Below are positions 1 to 13,529 of a stretch of DNA of 64,000 nucleotides, in pieces. Source of the stretch: Hydrolagus colliei (lineage: Eukaryota); contig CM068745.1 of the NCBI GenBank assembly GCA_035084275.1, positions 65,224,001-65,288,000 on the forward strand. The letters run 5' to 3'. Under the pieces are notes generated by a model. The model made no database searches. It had not been told where the DNA came from and was given only the letters and a program-made list of their open reading frames with translations. Each line of letters opens with the position of its first letter. Within the stretch, counting starts at the first letter, position 1. A program made the translations under genes and the position numbers.

Positions 1-225
1 ACCATAAATACCTTTTTTGGTGATGATAATTGATCAGCAATAAAATGAACCCTCTGGCATTTTTTTTAACTTTCAGCAGCTTCTGGAATGGGCTCACATA
101 GCTGCCCGGGTGGTTGAACTGCAAAACATGACTTCTGAACCATGGTAAACAACATCTATCACACTTCAGGAAACATTCTTGGCATCCAAAGATTTGACTT
201 TCCCCCAGAATCAGTCGTACCTACC

Positions 226-360
226 GTGCACAATTGGCTGTTGTGTTTTGACCACAAAATATGCCCACACTCAATTCACTTTGCAGTATGTTTTGTGAAG
301 CACCTTTCAACGTCTTGAAGATGTGATCAGGTGCTATATCAAATGCAAGGATTATTATTA
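226..360 (+). mobile_element. tRNA-derived SINE, 3' fragment
   Basis: gtgcacaattggctg...gctatatcaaatgcaaggattattatta matches the 3' end of the abundant SINE. Confidence 0.8.
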
Positions 361-647
361 CCTATAGATAGTGATCTGAGAGTTAATTGTGGTGTCCTTT
401 GGTTTGTGCAGAAAAAATAAATCAGCAGGAGATATTTTCTGCTTTTCACCGAGTTTTGTAATGTCACTTCTTCGTTTCTCATTTTCTCCTAATTTTAACT
501 TGAAAATTAGGGCCTGAAAATATATTCAGGTCTCTATGGCAGGAGGAGTGGGGTGGGCTGAAAATGACTTTAGTGGTTTTTATTCATACATCACATTCCT
601 GTATTTGCAGCCCTGCAGGTGCATACTTGCTTTCTACAGATATAATA

Positions 648-809
648 ATCGTGGATTTAAATGACCAATTTTTAAAATTATTGTTTTTTTGAGGGATTAT
701 TATCGTGTGTGTGGAGTAAAGAAACTTGCCCAAGGTTTCACCCTGCCTGGAATCTAACTCAGGTCTCTCACATAAGGCGAGTACTCTAACCACGGAGCTA
801 CGGGATCCC
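648..809 (-). mobile_element. tRNA-derived SINE, 5' part
   Basis: Reverse complement of the head (gtagctc...ggttagag...gaaaccttgggcaagtttc). Confidence 0.85.
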
Positions 810-2409
810 ATATACATCTATCTGATTTTTGTGAAGATGCAAATTCAACCCATTGGATCATGATCATTGCATATGTGATGGATAAAAAACACCCTGGCCA
901 TTTTGCAGAAGCGTTCATCTTTAGCTGTGAAATCACTGCTGGTTTATGTGGGTGGTCTGTCCTTTTCAAAGTGATTGGAACCACAGTTTGATTGATGTCT
1001 CAGTCTCGCACCCAACTGGTTATTTGCACTATCAATCACTGTGATCTTCTGCAGATTGTTTGACATGTATAGAAAGTACAGAAATTAATACCATCAGTGG
1101 GATTGCACATTGTTCATTTGGGGGAGTAAGCAAATTGGTGTACTCCTTTCTGCGCTCATGGTCTCATGTGTAATAAGTCTGGGGTTTCTTGATCAAGTCT
1201 GTTCAATATGGACTCTTGTTAACCTGAAGTAACAATCTCACTCAAAAGCCCTGCAAAATCTACTAGCTAAAGTGGAAAATGAAAACTAATTCCCTGGTTG
1301 GTGGTAGATATCTGACGGAGTTTTACTTTGAATCTATATACGTATCAAAACTCAGTGCACTAAATGCTGAATCTGGATTGTCAAACTGTATTCATGGAAC
1401 ATAATAAACCACACTCCCAAATATAGTAGCCCGCTGATTGTGAAAGACTGAATACTGTTGAATGATGATGAGAGTATTTAGTGTGTGAATTGTATATTGG
1501 GGCCTTCAAGTTCACTAATAGACAATATTCTATGGGTTGTGATTCAGGGGTTCAATTTAACATGGTCCCTTTGTGCATCTTACACTCATTCTACATTGAC
1601 ACAGAGTTAATTTAAATGACTTGCAATAGGAGTTTGGCTTAAACTGTTTGTAATGAAAAGAGTGTAGGTTTGGGGCTGCTGAATACCTTTAGCCAGGAGG
1701 GTATAGGATGTATTCATTCTTTTAAGTATTAAATTACTTTTTTTTCCAGCAATTGGAAAGCCTCAATCAAAAATTATTGCACCTTAAAGGCAAAATCTTA
1801 GACAGCATTTGTGAAAAAAAATGTTACAGCACGGAATTGTTTCTGGTCATTTACAAAATAGCGTGAGAAAATCATTTCTGTGGATTATGTTCCATTTAAG
1901 TCTTTGTTGTAAGCTTTCGGTTTTAAAACGGTGGCTGCTGAGAAATCTATTGTCATACTGCCAGCAGCACAAAAAGCCTTGAGGGTAGCTGGAACATCAC
2001 TTTCCAATCCAGCATCAATTGGCACCAATTTAATTTTTTTTATTAGATTTTAATTCCTTCCAGTAACTAGAAGTACAGGCCACCCCTCTTATTTGGTCAG
2101 CCTGGTGTCTGACACATGTAGAAACTCAACACCAAGCTTAAGATGGTTCCAAACCAAACATCCATGTGTACGCATAGAGACATGTAGACATGTAGACATC
2201 GAAGTTCCAGCAGTGTTATTGAAAATGGAATGTACATTCTCGCTGGAGAATCCTGTTTGCTTAATTCTGGAGAATATTAGGCACAGGTTGGCAAGAGGCA
2301 CAATTTTGGGACCCGAGAGTGAGCATTGGTGTACTGCTGGAGTCTGACCAGCTAAAACTGCAGGGCTTTCATTGAGAGCACTATCTGGCAAGCTTTCCTG
2401 CTACCATCA

Positions 2410-2855
2410 GTGCCTTGAGACTTCACCTGGTGCCTCCACACGACTTGCACTGGCCTCTTGCTTGTCCTCGCAACCTCTGCCCTGACATCAGTGGTTGTGT
2501 TTTCAGCCACTATGCCCCCAAACTGTGGAACACTCCCACTCAATGCCTCTGCCTTGCCCCCTCCAAAACTTTGGGCAAGTTTCCTTACTCCACATGCCTT
2601 ATAATAATCCCTCAAAAAAAAATTGTTCATTTCAATCCACGACTGTTTGTGGGACACTGCTGGGCGCATTTGGCTACTGCATTTAGCCTACAAATATACA
2701 GTCAATTCAATTTACAGTGTATTTTGTGAAATGCTTTGAGACGTCTAGAAGATGTGAGAAACACCATATTCAATGCAAGGGTTATGATTACTATTATTAT
2801 TGGGACGTCCTCCCAATGTGAAAGGTGCTATACAAATGCAATTTTTTGTTGTTGC
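2410..2855 (+). mobile_element. L2 3' fragment interrupted by a headless SINE (about 2565-2800)
   Basis: L2 3' sequence (ttttcagccactatgcccccaaactgtggaac), then SINE body with (ATT)n tail, then L2 tail gggacgtcctcccaatgtgaaaggtgctata...gttgttg. Confidence 0.8.
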
Positions 2856-3049
2856 TTGTCCAGCTAGGACCACCCTATCCATTAAGGCTTTGGCTTGCAG
2901 GGTAAACACAACATGAGTGGAAAGAATCCCTGCCCCTCGTGACTGGTCTGCCAATGAGACAGACTTGCTAAGCTGCGATCAGGACATAATAAGCTCTATT
3001 ATTAAAGGAAAGGAATTCATTAGTAATTATCATGGGGGTAAAGAAATAC

Positions 3050-3495
3050 TTTCAGGTGTTTATTCAGAAATTGATATTTCCAACCCCAAACTGCTCCTTC
3101 TTGTTCTGCTGACTTGGCGTATTCAAACGTGTTGTTCTGGATTTACACTTTCAGTCTCCTTTAAGGTATTGCCCTTCGAGAATGAAGAACCCTAGCTTGT
3201 CTAATCTTTGTTAATAGCTCATTCCTCTACTGGGTTCATCCTGTGATTCATCCTCCCCATGCACTGGAGCTTGGGGAGCCCTCTTATGTCATGGTGACTA
3301 GAACTGTATTCAGTACTCTAGGTATGGCTTGGCCAGAGCACTGCAAGCTGGGTATGACTTCTGGCAAATCGGAACTCAACCAATTTGGCAATGTAGCCAA
3401 GCATCATGTTTGCTTTGTTATTACTGCATCACACTGTTTTGACACAATGAGCGATGATTCTTGTAAAACCCTCAGATTTCTTTCAACTTCCCTCT
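3050..3495 (-). mobile_element. Degraded CR1 LINE 3' ORF2 fragment
   Basis: Resembles better-preserved CR1 copies in the window (agaactgtattcagtactctaggtatggc = reverse of the RPHLEYCVQFW region). Confidence 0.6.
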
Positions 3496-4374
3496 AGGCA
3501 ACCACATGGATTCTTGTAAAAGGGATTTATATAGATGTTTGAAATAGAGGAATATTAAGGATATATAGGGAGTGATCAGTGGGTTGATGATTCTTAGCCT
3601 CATAGAAATTGGCTTAAAGTTTAAATCTTGCACAATGTTGGAATATTCTTAAAAGTTCAGATTTAATCTGGAAAGTGGTCTTTTAAGGTCTGTGGTATGC
3701 ACTTCTAAAATCAGATAGGATTTAACAATTTATCTGAAATTAGGCAAATTTTAGTATAGCTAACATTTTTGAATTAGATTCTCAGGTGAGTTGACATAGA
3801 TTAGGTGGGCTCATGTGGAGAGAAACATCAGTGTTAATTTGATGCTCAAAATTGCTCATTACCGTACAGCAGTATATAATTCAATAATTTTAAAAGAATC
3901 ACAAAGATTAATATTCCATTCACAGAGGCAAGAATGACTGATAGTAAATTTCAAAAACGATTTCCTTGACATCTAAATGTCTTACGTGTCAAGTTGAATT
4001 GTAATGTTGGATGATTTATCAACTAGCCAGAGGGGTTAGTTGGTTTGCCATACAAATGCCATTCCTCTAGTTATTAATAATCTGCACGTAAGACATAACA
4101 ATGCATTACATTCAGAAAATAATTTACCGTTGGAATGTCAAAATTGTTTCCCACCGGAGCCAGTACCCCTCTGCGATGAAGATCTGCCAATGTTTAGCGA
4201 CAAAGTTAATTTCCATCCATATTATTTTCTATCCAATCACTCTAAACGTACATGGCAGAATCATCTATAAATATGTTTCATGCCTATAATTATGGTCACA
4301 TTAATCATTGGTTTATTGCTAACCAGCATCATTTAATTGCACCTCACATTAAAACCTACCTTCCAACTGCATTA

Positions 4375-4655
4375 CAAATGGTAGCATTCTAATCTCTGGG
4401 TCAGAAGGTTATGGGTTGAGGCCTATGTTGGGAATTTTTAGGTTAATTGAATTAAATGGTAAACAGAGATCAGGTTTGCCTGTTTATGTGCAAGCTAAAG
4501 ATCTCATGGCACTATTTATGACAAAGAAAGTTTCTACTGTTGTCGACATACATTGTCATTCACTGCATGATTATTTGTAAACCAAATTGCTGTGTGCTAA
4601 TTTGTCTCCCCTCAGATCACTGTAACTACACTTGACAGGAATTACTGAAGTGCTG
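4375..4655 (+). mobile_element. Old DeuSINE (SacSINE1-like), degraded
   Basis: ctctgggtcagaaggttatgggtt head and aaagatctcatggcactattt Deu motif. Confidence 0.6.
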
Positions 4656-5917
4656 CCTGACATTTTCACTTAATAGACCTTCAATCAAATACAATGAATG
4701 TTATTATCAGTTTGGTAAAAGATAATGCTATTAGGAGCAAACCTTGTCTTTATTTCCACATCATCTTCATAGGCCACAGTCTATAGAGGTTGAGATCTTC
4801 ACTACCTGATGTGAATAATTAGCATCACCTAAAGAGCAAAATGATTCTGCCACTAACATGGTTATACCCCCTTGACTATATATGTTATTTTCAAATAGTG
4901 TATCATACTCATATAAGCCAATTTATTCACAAACTATAATCTGCTGATGTGCTATAGCAATGAATAGTTGAATGAGAGTTATGCTTGTTCCAATTCATCA
5001 CATGCAGAAAGGGAGGAGCGGGGTCTGGATTCAGTGTTGCAGTAGCTGTGCTGACGATGTGTTCTCTACCTGCACAAAATAAAAGACAATTCAAAAGTGT
5101 TCAGTGCTGATCACAGCAAATTCTAATGATTACCTCAACAGCAAAGTTGCTAAGAATTGGTGATTGCTCACTCTTCCCAGTTTGAGGTGGTTCCCTCATG
5201 AGAATTAACATCAGTGATAATTACCTTATCACATCCTGCATTTTACGCTATTTTGTTAATTTCAGTCTTATCAATGAGGCCTTTTAATGAAGGTGATTAC
5301 TCCACGTGGAATAATTAATTATATTCACTTAATTTGTCAAACAGAATACTTCACTTGATTTTTATATATCAAAGTCACAAGGCGCTATTTTTTGCTGCTG
5401 AACAGCTGTTGGATGCATTGAATGTGTTTATAGGGCATTTGAATGTTGGCACAACACAATAAGTAGACACTGGGGAGGAAATGGTCTCACACAGCAACAA
5501 TAAGGAGGTTCATTTCCTCCCTGGGTTGAAGGAGGCACAGAAATTAAATTTTGGATTAAATTGTACTAAAGTATATGTCAGTAATATTTGTCTTTAAAAA
5601 AAACACCAATCACTATCTCATCAGCAGGCCCTGTTTGTACAACATCTCTGGAATCAATAAGGCATTCCTCCTGTGTCACTCCTTTGTAACTACCAACACA
5701 AATTACCTTGCCACAAATAACATTTCCTCCATGGAAAAATTTGCAAGCCACATTGAGTTGTGAGATTCCAGCTCCATTGAGATCCATTGTGGCAGCCAAA
5801 GCAACACAAAGCTACTGGTCTTATTCTGGCTCAGTGGTACCATTTGTTGAAAGGTTGTGGGTTTTCAAGCTCTATGTAGGGGCTATGAGTTCATCGACTA
5901 GGTTGAAACTTCAATAC

Positions 5918-6010
5918 AATTAATAATAATCCTTGCATTTGATATGGCGCTTTTCACATCTTCTAGATTTCTCAAAGTGTTTTACAGACTATACTGTGAA
6001 GCGAATTAAT
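5918..6010 (-). mobile_element. SINE 3' tail fragment
   Basis: aataataataatccttgcatttgatatggcgcttttcac. Confidence 0.75.
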
Positions 6011-6130
6011 TTACATAATTGTGCAGGATGGGTGCAGTCATATTCCAGATTTGAGGCAATTGTACTGAGCAAGATTCCAAAGCAAAAATTGGACTATACT
6101 TCCGAAATAAAGTTGGCTCACTTCTATACC

Positions 6131-6540
6131 AGCAATAAATTTACATTTGTCTAGCACCTTTAACATCGGAAGGGTGTCCCAAGGCGCTGGACAGTCATTG
6201 TTTCAGACCCAACCTGGGGACAGGATCAGGGAGGGTGGAGGGAGGGTAGGGGAAGGGGGGTGACCGATGGCACAGTTGAAGAAGAGGATCTTGAGGCGGG
6301 ACGAAGGAGGCTAGAGAGGAGGTGAGGCAGAGGGATTGTGGGATGGAATTCCAAAGGTTGGGGTCAGAGTGGCTGAAGGCTGGCCCGCCGATAGTAGGGC
6401 AGGTAGGTCGGGGGACATGGATCAGGTTAGAGTCCGCTGAGTGGAGGGAACGGACAGGTTAGTATGGGGTTAGGAGGTCAAGATTGTGGAGAGCTTTAAT
6501 GGTGAGGACTAGGATCTTTAATTGAATCCTCTGAATGACG
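6131..6540 (-). mobile_element. L2 LINE 3' end
   Basis: Reverse-complement homology to the L2 at 6655-7263, including tail stem-loop. Confidence 0.85.
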
Positions 6541-6654
6541 AATGATACCAGCTGCAAATAAAATGAAGTCCAAATACGTTGTTGTGATACCACTCTCCAT
6601 TCTTCAATGGCAAGCTCTGAATACAACAGTATCCTAACAGACATTCTGGAATCC

Positions 6655-7263
6655 CTAAGCCTCGACTACGGGAACTCTCTCATCTTCGGCCTCCCCAGCT
6701 CCTCCCTTCACAGGCTCCAGATCATTCAGAATTCTGCAGCTCATGTACTCTCCCGGACCAGGCTTCCCGACCACATCACTTCCACCCTCGCCCGTCTCCA
6801 CTGGCTCCCCGTCACCCAGAGGATCAAATTCAAGATTCTTGTTCTCACTTTCAAGGCCATTCATGGCCTTGCCCCTGCCTATCTCTCTGACCTACTGTCT
6901 CCCTATCAGCCTGCCCGTCCCCTCCATTCAGCAGACTCAGGCCTGCTCCGCATCCACCACCCTAACCGCCCAAACATTGGTGGCCAGGCTTTCAGCCTCT
7001 CTGTTCCCACACTGTGGAACTCCATCCCGCAGCCCCTCCGCCTTGCTTCCTCCCTTTCCTCCTTCAAGGCCAGTCTCAAGACCTTCCTCTTCGACCGCGT
7101 CTTTGGCTGCCCCATTAACTCTTCCCCCTCTCCCACTCTCCTTCTGCTTCCCCCTACCCCGACCCTCCCCCACTGCTCGGGTCCTGACCTGACTGTTCAG
7201 CGCTTTGGGACGTCCTCCCGATGTGAAAGGCGCTATATAAGTGCAATTTTGTTGTTGTTGTTG
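6655..7263 (+). mobile_element. L2 LINE 3' end (5'-truncated)
   Basis: ORF 6607-7296 contains LDYGNSL...LQIIQNSAA...LARLHWLPV.QRIKFKILVLTFKAIHGLAPAYLSDLL, typical L2 ORF2 C-terminus; ends in stem-loop plus (GTT)n. Confidence 0.92.
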
Positions 7264-7355
7264 TACTGCCAACCTGTGCCTACTCTCAAATATTAGGCAA
7301 TCAGGACACAAACAAGGCAATTGTTCACAACAACTGAAACCTCAAATGAGTGTGT

Positions 7356-7770
7356 CAGGCCCGGGCAGTGGCAGCACTCTCACATTTGAGGCAATAGGTT
7401 ATAGATTCATGCCCGATGTTGGGACTTGGATTCATATTGTCTGAGCTGACACTCCAATGCAGTGCTGTGGGTAAGCTGCATTGTCGGAGGTGCCATCTTT
7501 CAGATGAGACATTAAACCTAGGTCCTGTCTGCTTGTTCAGGTGCAAGTTAATGATCCCCAGCAATGCATTTGACCAATAAAACCCCAAATAAAATTGGTC
7601 ACTCATTCCATTGCTGTTTGTGGGACATTGATGCGCACAAACTCACTGCTATGTTTTGTCCACAAAATACACAGTTAATCCGCTTTACGTATAGCTTGTG
7701 AAGCACGTTGAGGCATCACGACAATGTTATAAGTTGCTGTATCGATTGCAAAAATTATTATTTTATTACA
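7356..7770 (+). mobile_element. DeuSINE (SacSINE1/AmnSINE1-like)
   Basis: Deu-domain motif gctgacactccaatgcagtgctg...ggaggtgccatctttcagatgagacattaaacc and L2-like tail. Confidence 0.8.
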
Positions 7771-10007
7771 GTTTAAATCACTCTGTAGAGGTAATTTCTA
7801 AATGGTGTTCAGTGATGGTCAGCTAGACTAATAACACTGCCACTTTACATGTGAATGAATGTTACATTTCTTTATATGTTTGAGCTTCCTAAAATAGCTA
7901 CATTTTGCAGGAGGTTGATATTTTGTTCACCAAGTACTGTATTTTGTCAAGCAATTTTTGGACATTCTTATGAAAAATCCCTGTTGCACCGATAATTATA
8001 AAACTATATTTGTTTTACATTATTACTGTATAAAGGAGTTAGTTGAAATTACTGTTTGCTATGAGTCTATTGTGGAGGGAAACATCTTCCAGTTACTGAT
8101 TTCTTTTAAAGCTGGTTTGTTTTATACTCGTGTTTTTCAGTGCTTTGATCACTCTCCAAGTTAAATAAGCCTGTTTATGTCCACATTATCCATGTCGCTC
8201 AATGCTGACCAGACCTGGCTCATTTCCACAGATAATATTCTTTTTTCCAATAAAAGCAAACTCATCTCCATCTATCTTTCTCTTTATAGATTAGTCCTGA
8301 AATCATCCATGGCATTGTCTCATCATCCATGAAGCCTTTTCAATACACCAGTTCTCAATGCTAGTGTACTCAATGTTGCTCACAATGGGGTCTAATTTGC
8401 AATCTTTGCACAAGGGGTGGAAAGGGCTAATTTGAGGGGTTGGAATGAGAGGCCGTATTGTGGTTGGTGATTTATGGATGCCTGCAGTGAGTGAGGAAGA
8501 GTCAGAGAATTAAATGGGTAGCCACGAGGAGATGATGTTTTGTTTTCATGCTTTGCAAGCTTTCAGAGGTTGCAATTGATGCTTCCCATCCATTCCGTAA
8601 AAAATTATAAATTACAACAACTTGCACTTATATAATACCCTCCACGCCAGGTAGCATGATTTAGCCAGACGCCGAGTAGCGGGGTGGGGGATGGGATTAT
8701 ATCTCATTATTCCATGTATGGACTCACCAACATAGGAATGATTTTGCTTTATTTTTTAATAAATCCCAGTGAAGATTTTATCTGTAAAAAAAATAATGAA
8801 ACACAGATCCTTTTCATTTTCCATATTTGCTAATAGTCATGCATTTACAATGGACATGTGCTTTGTGTTTCCTGTTCCAAAGTACACAACCTATCAAAAT
8901 TCCTTACTTCATATGTTTAAATGGTTGTTTGACATATGGCGAGGACATCTCAAAACTCTTCATAGGATTTTATGGTAAAGTGTAGTGACTGTATATTTTG
9001 TAGGTGAACAAAACACCATTAAGTGCAATCAACCTCCCTCTCACTGGTTAACTTTAATCTCACTTTGGTTTATAAATATCATAGTTTATTGGTTAGACCA
9101 CACCCCACAATTTGCCAATTTCCCCGCAACATTTGACAAATAATTCCGCGCTTTTCTATTGGCCCAGTTTATGAGTCCAATTGCATCCTAAGAGCTAACT
9201 GGCAGGTAAGCAAGGAAAGTATTTCACATGATTGTTTTCAGTCCTGGATGTTGAGATTTTACAACCCATGGTTTTCTAATAATAATGATTTCATAGCATA
9301 AATAGTGAGTATCGCTGAAACTGTTACACTTAATTTGTTTTATAGTCAAAGTCAATATTGATTGAGGATAATGATAATGTATGTATATGGAACAAAACAG
9401 CTAATAATTAACCAGAGATACTGGAAATGTCTAAATGATACGTATAGTTCAACATTTCAACAACAACAGTTTTACAACTCTTAACACAGTTAAGGTTTCA
9501 GTCTAGCTGGTCTGTAAATATGTGTAGTCACATAAAGGAAATTGTCTTCTCATTTCGGAGTCTCACTCATAGATTGTGTGGGGTAGAACCTTAGCTCTGC
9601 ATTTGACTGTGCTTTGTCTAGCTTAGTAGTGCTTAATAGTGACATTCAGCTCTGTCTAACCCTAAATATAATCATAAATCTTTTCATCTCATCTTTCCAA
9701 TCATATTTTCCAACATATAAATGTATTGATAAAGATCCCCTATTTTTAGTGATTAATGTAATGTAGATCCATGCCAAAGCCGTATAAGTTTTCCATCCTC
9801 AAATTTTTTTTTCACTTGATGAATACAAAGGAAAGAACTGGAGCCACAGACAGCAGACTATGATGGTGCTCAAAGCCCTTCTCAGGTAAATGCAGTTACT
9901 TTTTTTCTAATCAAATGTACCAGTTAGTTGCAACAGTTAGGTCTTACAAGCAGCCATGCATGAATGGCTCATTAGCCTGCATTATATTTTATGCTCATTA
10001 TACGTAC

Positions 10008-10031
10008 TATATATATATATATATATATATA
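10008..10031. repeat. (TA)12 microsatellite
   Basis: Direct reading. Confidence 0.95.
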
Positions 10032-10679
10032 AATTGACTGTATGAAAGCAAAGACGTATACTGCAATTTCTTTCAGCTGAATGCATCCATTTCAGATCAC
10101 TTTAGATTCCTCCAAATGAAGCTGAATGTTATCGAATGGGAAATGTCAGCTTGTTGACTTCAATCCTCCTACAGCTTATGAGTTCAATGCTTTTTCTTCT
10201 TCCTGACCACTGATTTGTAGTTGATCGTATGTTCCATTTACTCTGTTTCCAGAGCATCAAGATTTCTGTAGTAGATGAACAGACTTCATGTAAGGTACAG
10301 ATGTTTCAATCAGGTTCTTGTCTCTTCCGATGTAAACAGCAGGAATCTGAGTGTGGATGTGCAAGGCATCTGCCCCAAGCGAAATGCAATTCTGCTGCCA
10401 GTGTCTGTCAGCGTGAGCATGCAGGGATGTGTTTCATTTCACCTAAATTCTTCTTACTCTTCCGTAACTGGTTGAAGATTTTTTTTACTATGCTCAACAA
10501 CAACATAATGGGATAAATTTGGAATATTTCTTTAACACGTAAAATTTATTAAGAAACATCAAATCTTCTAGTCGATAACTTCTGACTGGCTGTGGAAGCG
10601 AATCCTGTCCCCAATTTTGATATACCCACAGCACGGAAACTGCCCCGGTCAAAGTCTCTAGTGGCATTTTGAACTTAAC

Positions 10680-11595
10680 CTCCTTGACCTCTCTGCCGCC
10701 TTCGACACTGACAACCACTCCATCTTCTACATTGCCTTTCCACTCAGCTCAATTTTTGCAGACCTGCTCTTGACTGGTTCGAATCTTATTTCTCCCACTA
10801 TCTCCACTTTGTTGCCACTAATACCTTCTCCTCCAGCCCCGCACTGTCACATGCAGAGTGCCCCAGGGCTCTGTGCTTAGCCCTCTCCTTTACAATATCT
10901 ATATGCTCCCCCTTGGTGACATCATTCGCAGATATGGAGTTAATCCATATGTATGTGGTTGACACCCACCTCTACCTTTCTGTCTCCACCCTTGATTCCA
11001 TGACCACTACTGTCCTGACAGATTGCCTGTCAGACATCAAGTCCTAGATGAGAGATAACCTTCTACAGTTGAATGTCAACAAGACCGAGGGTATCCTGAT
11101 TGGCCCATATCAGCGCTTCCACTCTTCGGGCACTGGCAGCATCAACCTCTATGGTTGCACACTCCACCTCACCAAGCTGGTAAGGAACCTAGGTGTCTTG
11201 TTCAATCTTTAACCGTCTTCTCTCCCCCACATCCATGGTATGAATCGCTCTTTCTTCCCTCACCTCTGCAACATTGCCTGACTCCACCACTACCTCACAC
11301 CTCAGGCCGCTGAAACTCTCATTCATGCCTTCATCACGTCCAAGCTCAACTATGCCAATGCACTGCTTGTCGGCCTCCCTAACTCCTTCCTCCATAGGCT
11401 GCAGATCATCCAGAACTCTGCAGTCCATGTCTTCTCCTGCACCAAGCTCTGCGACCCTATCATCCTCATTCTCATCTGATTCCATTGGATTCCCATCATT
11501 CAGAAGATTGAATGCAAGTTCCTGGTCCTCACTTTTAAAGCTCTCTACAGCTTTGCCCCGACCTACCTCTGTGATCTCCTAACCCACTACCAATT
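10680..11595 (+). mobile_element. L2 LINE RT fragment, disrupted
   Basis: [16 protein letters not shown] and LQLNV.KTE motifs with frameshifts and stops; homologous to 63142-64000. Confidence 0.9.
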
Positions 11596-11667
11596 CTAAA
11601 TGAAAGTATGTTTACCTGGGATGCTTGATTCCGTTTTAGGAAACTAAGGTTCTTCAGTCTAACAGTT

Positions 11668-11773
11668 TCAGTTCTGATGAAGACATACAGCTGAAACATT
11701 AACTTGTTGTTCTCTTTCAGACATTGATTGACTGCTGTGTTTTCCCAGGCTTTTCTGTTTTTATTGCAGATTT
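11668..11773 (+). mobile_element. Penelope-like terminal repeat with degenerate minimal hammerhead ribozyme
   Basis: agtt-CTGATGA-agacatacagct-GAAA-c-att-aact followed by sequence homologous to 60881-61008. Confidence 0.65.
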
Positions 11774-12818
11774 CTCTAAAATAGTCTTATTTTATGTTTG
11801 ATTTACCTCAATCATCAAAAGCTTAATTCCACTTTTTCTGCAGGGGGTAATTAATAAGCAGCTGCCTAAACAAACAGTCTAATTGCTTGCATTTTCCTTG
11901 GTAACTGGCCAGAGTTTAGCATCACTATCTATGAAATTTTGCACATTGTATTTTTTATTTTAATGGCTGAAATTTCACATTTAATTTTATTGATTCCACA
12001 GTAAATCTGGTTAGTAGACAAAATAATGATATGTTCTATCAGAGAACTAGATTTTGTAACTGACTTGTTCCACCTAGATTGGGAATTAAGACCACAACCG
12101 TTAGTACGAATTGCCAGCAGGGTATTACATTTAATCAATGCTACCAAAATGATTCTGACATTTCAATGTTTCTCCATCCAAAACTAGAGGCAAGGATGTG
12201 AATTCAAGCAAAACAAATTGGAGGCTATTTTCTGACTGTATGCAATATTACACATTGAAAAATTCTGTTTATTTCAGGTGGTGCATACATAATAATTCAC
12301 AAAGCACACATTAATCTATTTTTGTTAAGATATCCCAGATTAGTGGAATAGTTTATATCCCCAATTTCCTGCTAATATCATGATGTTTAAAATTAGCTAC
12401 ATTGGCCTACAAATTCACAGCAGTTACATTTTATTCTGAGGTGCTTTGAAATGTTTCAACAACTTGATAAGGTGCTATATCAAATGCAAAGATTGAAAGT
12501 AGTATTACTAATATTGAGTACACTACAAAAAATGTAAAAATTTGATGTATCAACCAATACAGATGGGAATCAATGGATATCCCTTACCAACTTGAAACAG
12601 TACCGCAGCAATATCTATGTAGGCAGGCTTTGGGTTTAGGTAGGCTACTCTGAGACCTCAATGAGTAAATATGCTGTGTTGTGTACTCTTGAAGGAACAG
12701 CAGAGATGTTCCTGCCATTATAGACCATCCGATATCTTTACGCATTTACTCTTCCATCCACTCTTAGAAATTATGCATGTCTACTGTAACACAATAATTG
12801 ATCCTCTTTCTAAGGCAG

Positions 12819-12873
12819 TAATGTAGTACTGGGAGAGTGCAAAATTCCCCAGCACTCTCCCAGTACTACATTA
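12819..12873. repeat. Perfect 22-bp inverted repeat, 11-nt spacer
   Basis: taatgtagtactgggagagtgc / gcactctcccagtactacatta. Confidence 0.95.
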
Positions 12874-12950
12874 GTTTCAGCCTATCAGACTATATGAGTT
12901 CGTATCCACAGCCTTCTGACTCAGAGGAAACAGTGTTACCAACTGGCTGA
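12850..12950 (-). mobile_element. DeuSINE 5' fragment
   Basis: ccacagccttctgactcagagg...gttaccaactg is the reverse of the DeuSINE head. Confidence 0.65.
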
Positions 12951-13529
12951 CATTTAATACAGTACCTATGACTCATTTATGAGTGCTGGTTCTGAATATG
13001 CATGGTGCTTTGTGTCTATTTTCATTTCAATGAGTGCCATGCACTTTCTAGCTTGCGACAGGTGATCATCTGAAGGTGTAACTCAGGCGTCCAGCAAAAT
13101 ATCACAGTTGTTCTTACATTATTATACATTGAAGTGAACAGTGTGATTTTAGATGTGTTAACTATCGCCATGTCAATTTCCCACTCAATTATTACACAAA
13201 TTATCACCTTGTAGATGAGATTTGGATATTTTATAGTTCATAAAATACAACGTGGTGAGAGAGGTGATGTGGATAATTTGTTACTTTTGCATTTCCATAA
13301 AATAGCAAGAACTCGTAAGAAAATGTTTTTTTTGGACTTTGCTGAGTTGCTATTCAGTATTTGTCAATCATAAACTTCACAGTCTGATCTTTGCAAATGG
13401 AAAATTTAAATGAATGCAGAGGGTATGTTATGTTAATATGGTATTTCAGATTCCATTGTGTATCAATCCAACAAAGCCTACAAAGAACAGCAATAGTGCA
13501 GTCTCACATGTCCTGAGACATTTATAATA

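Noticed and set aside
5578-5799. Minus-strand ORF with AATMDL..GISQ as a Harbinger fragment
   Set aside because: Similarity limited to a few residues; no collinear supporting motifs.
9780-10500. Possible exon(s) of a neighbouring gene such as CLCN4
   Set aside because: A CAG/GTAAAT donor-like site exists near 9885 but no translation resembles a protein I recognise.
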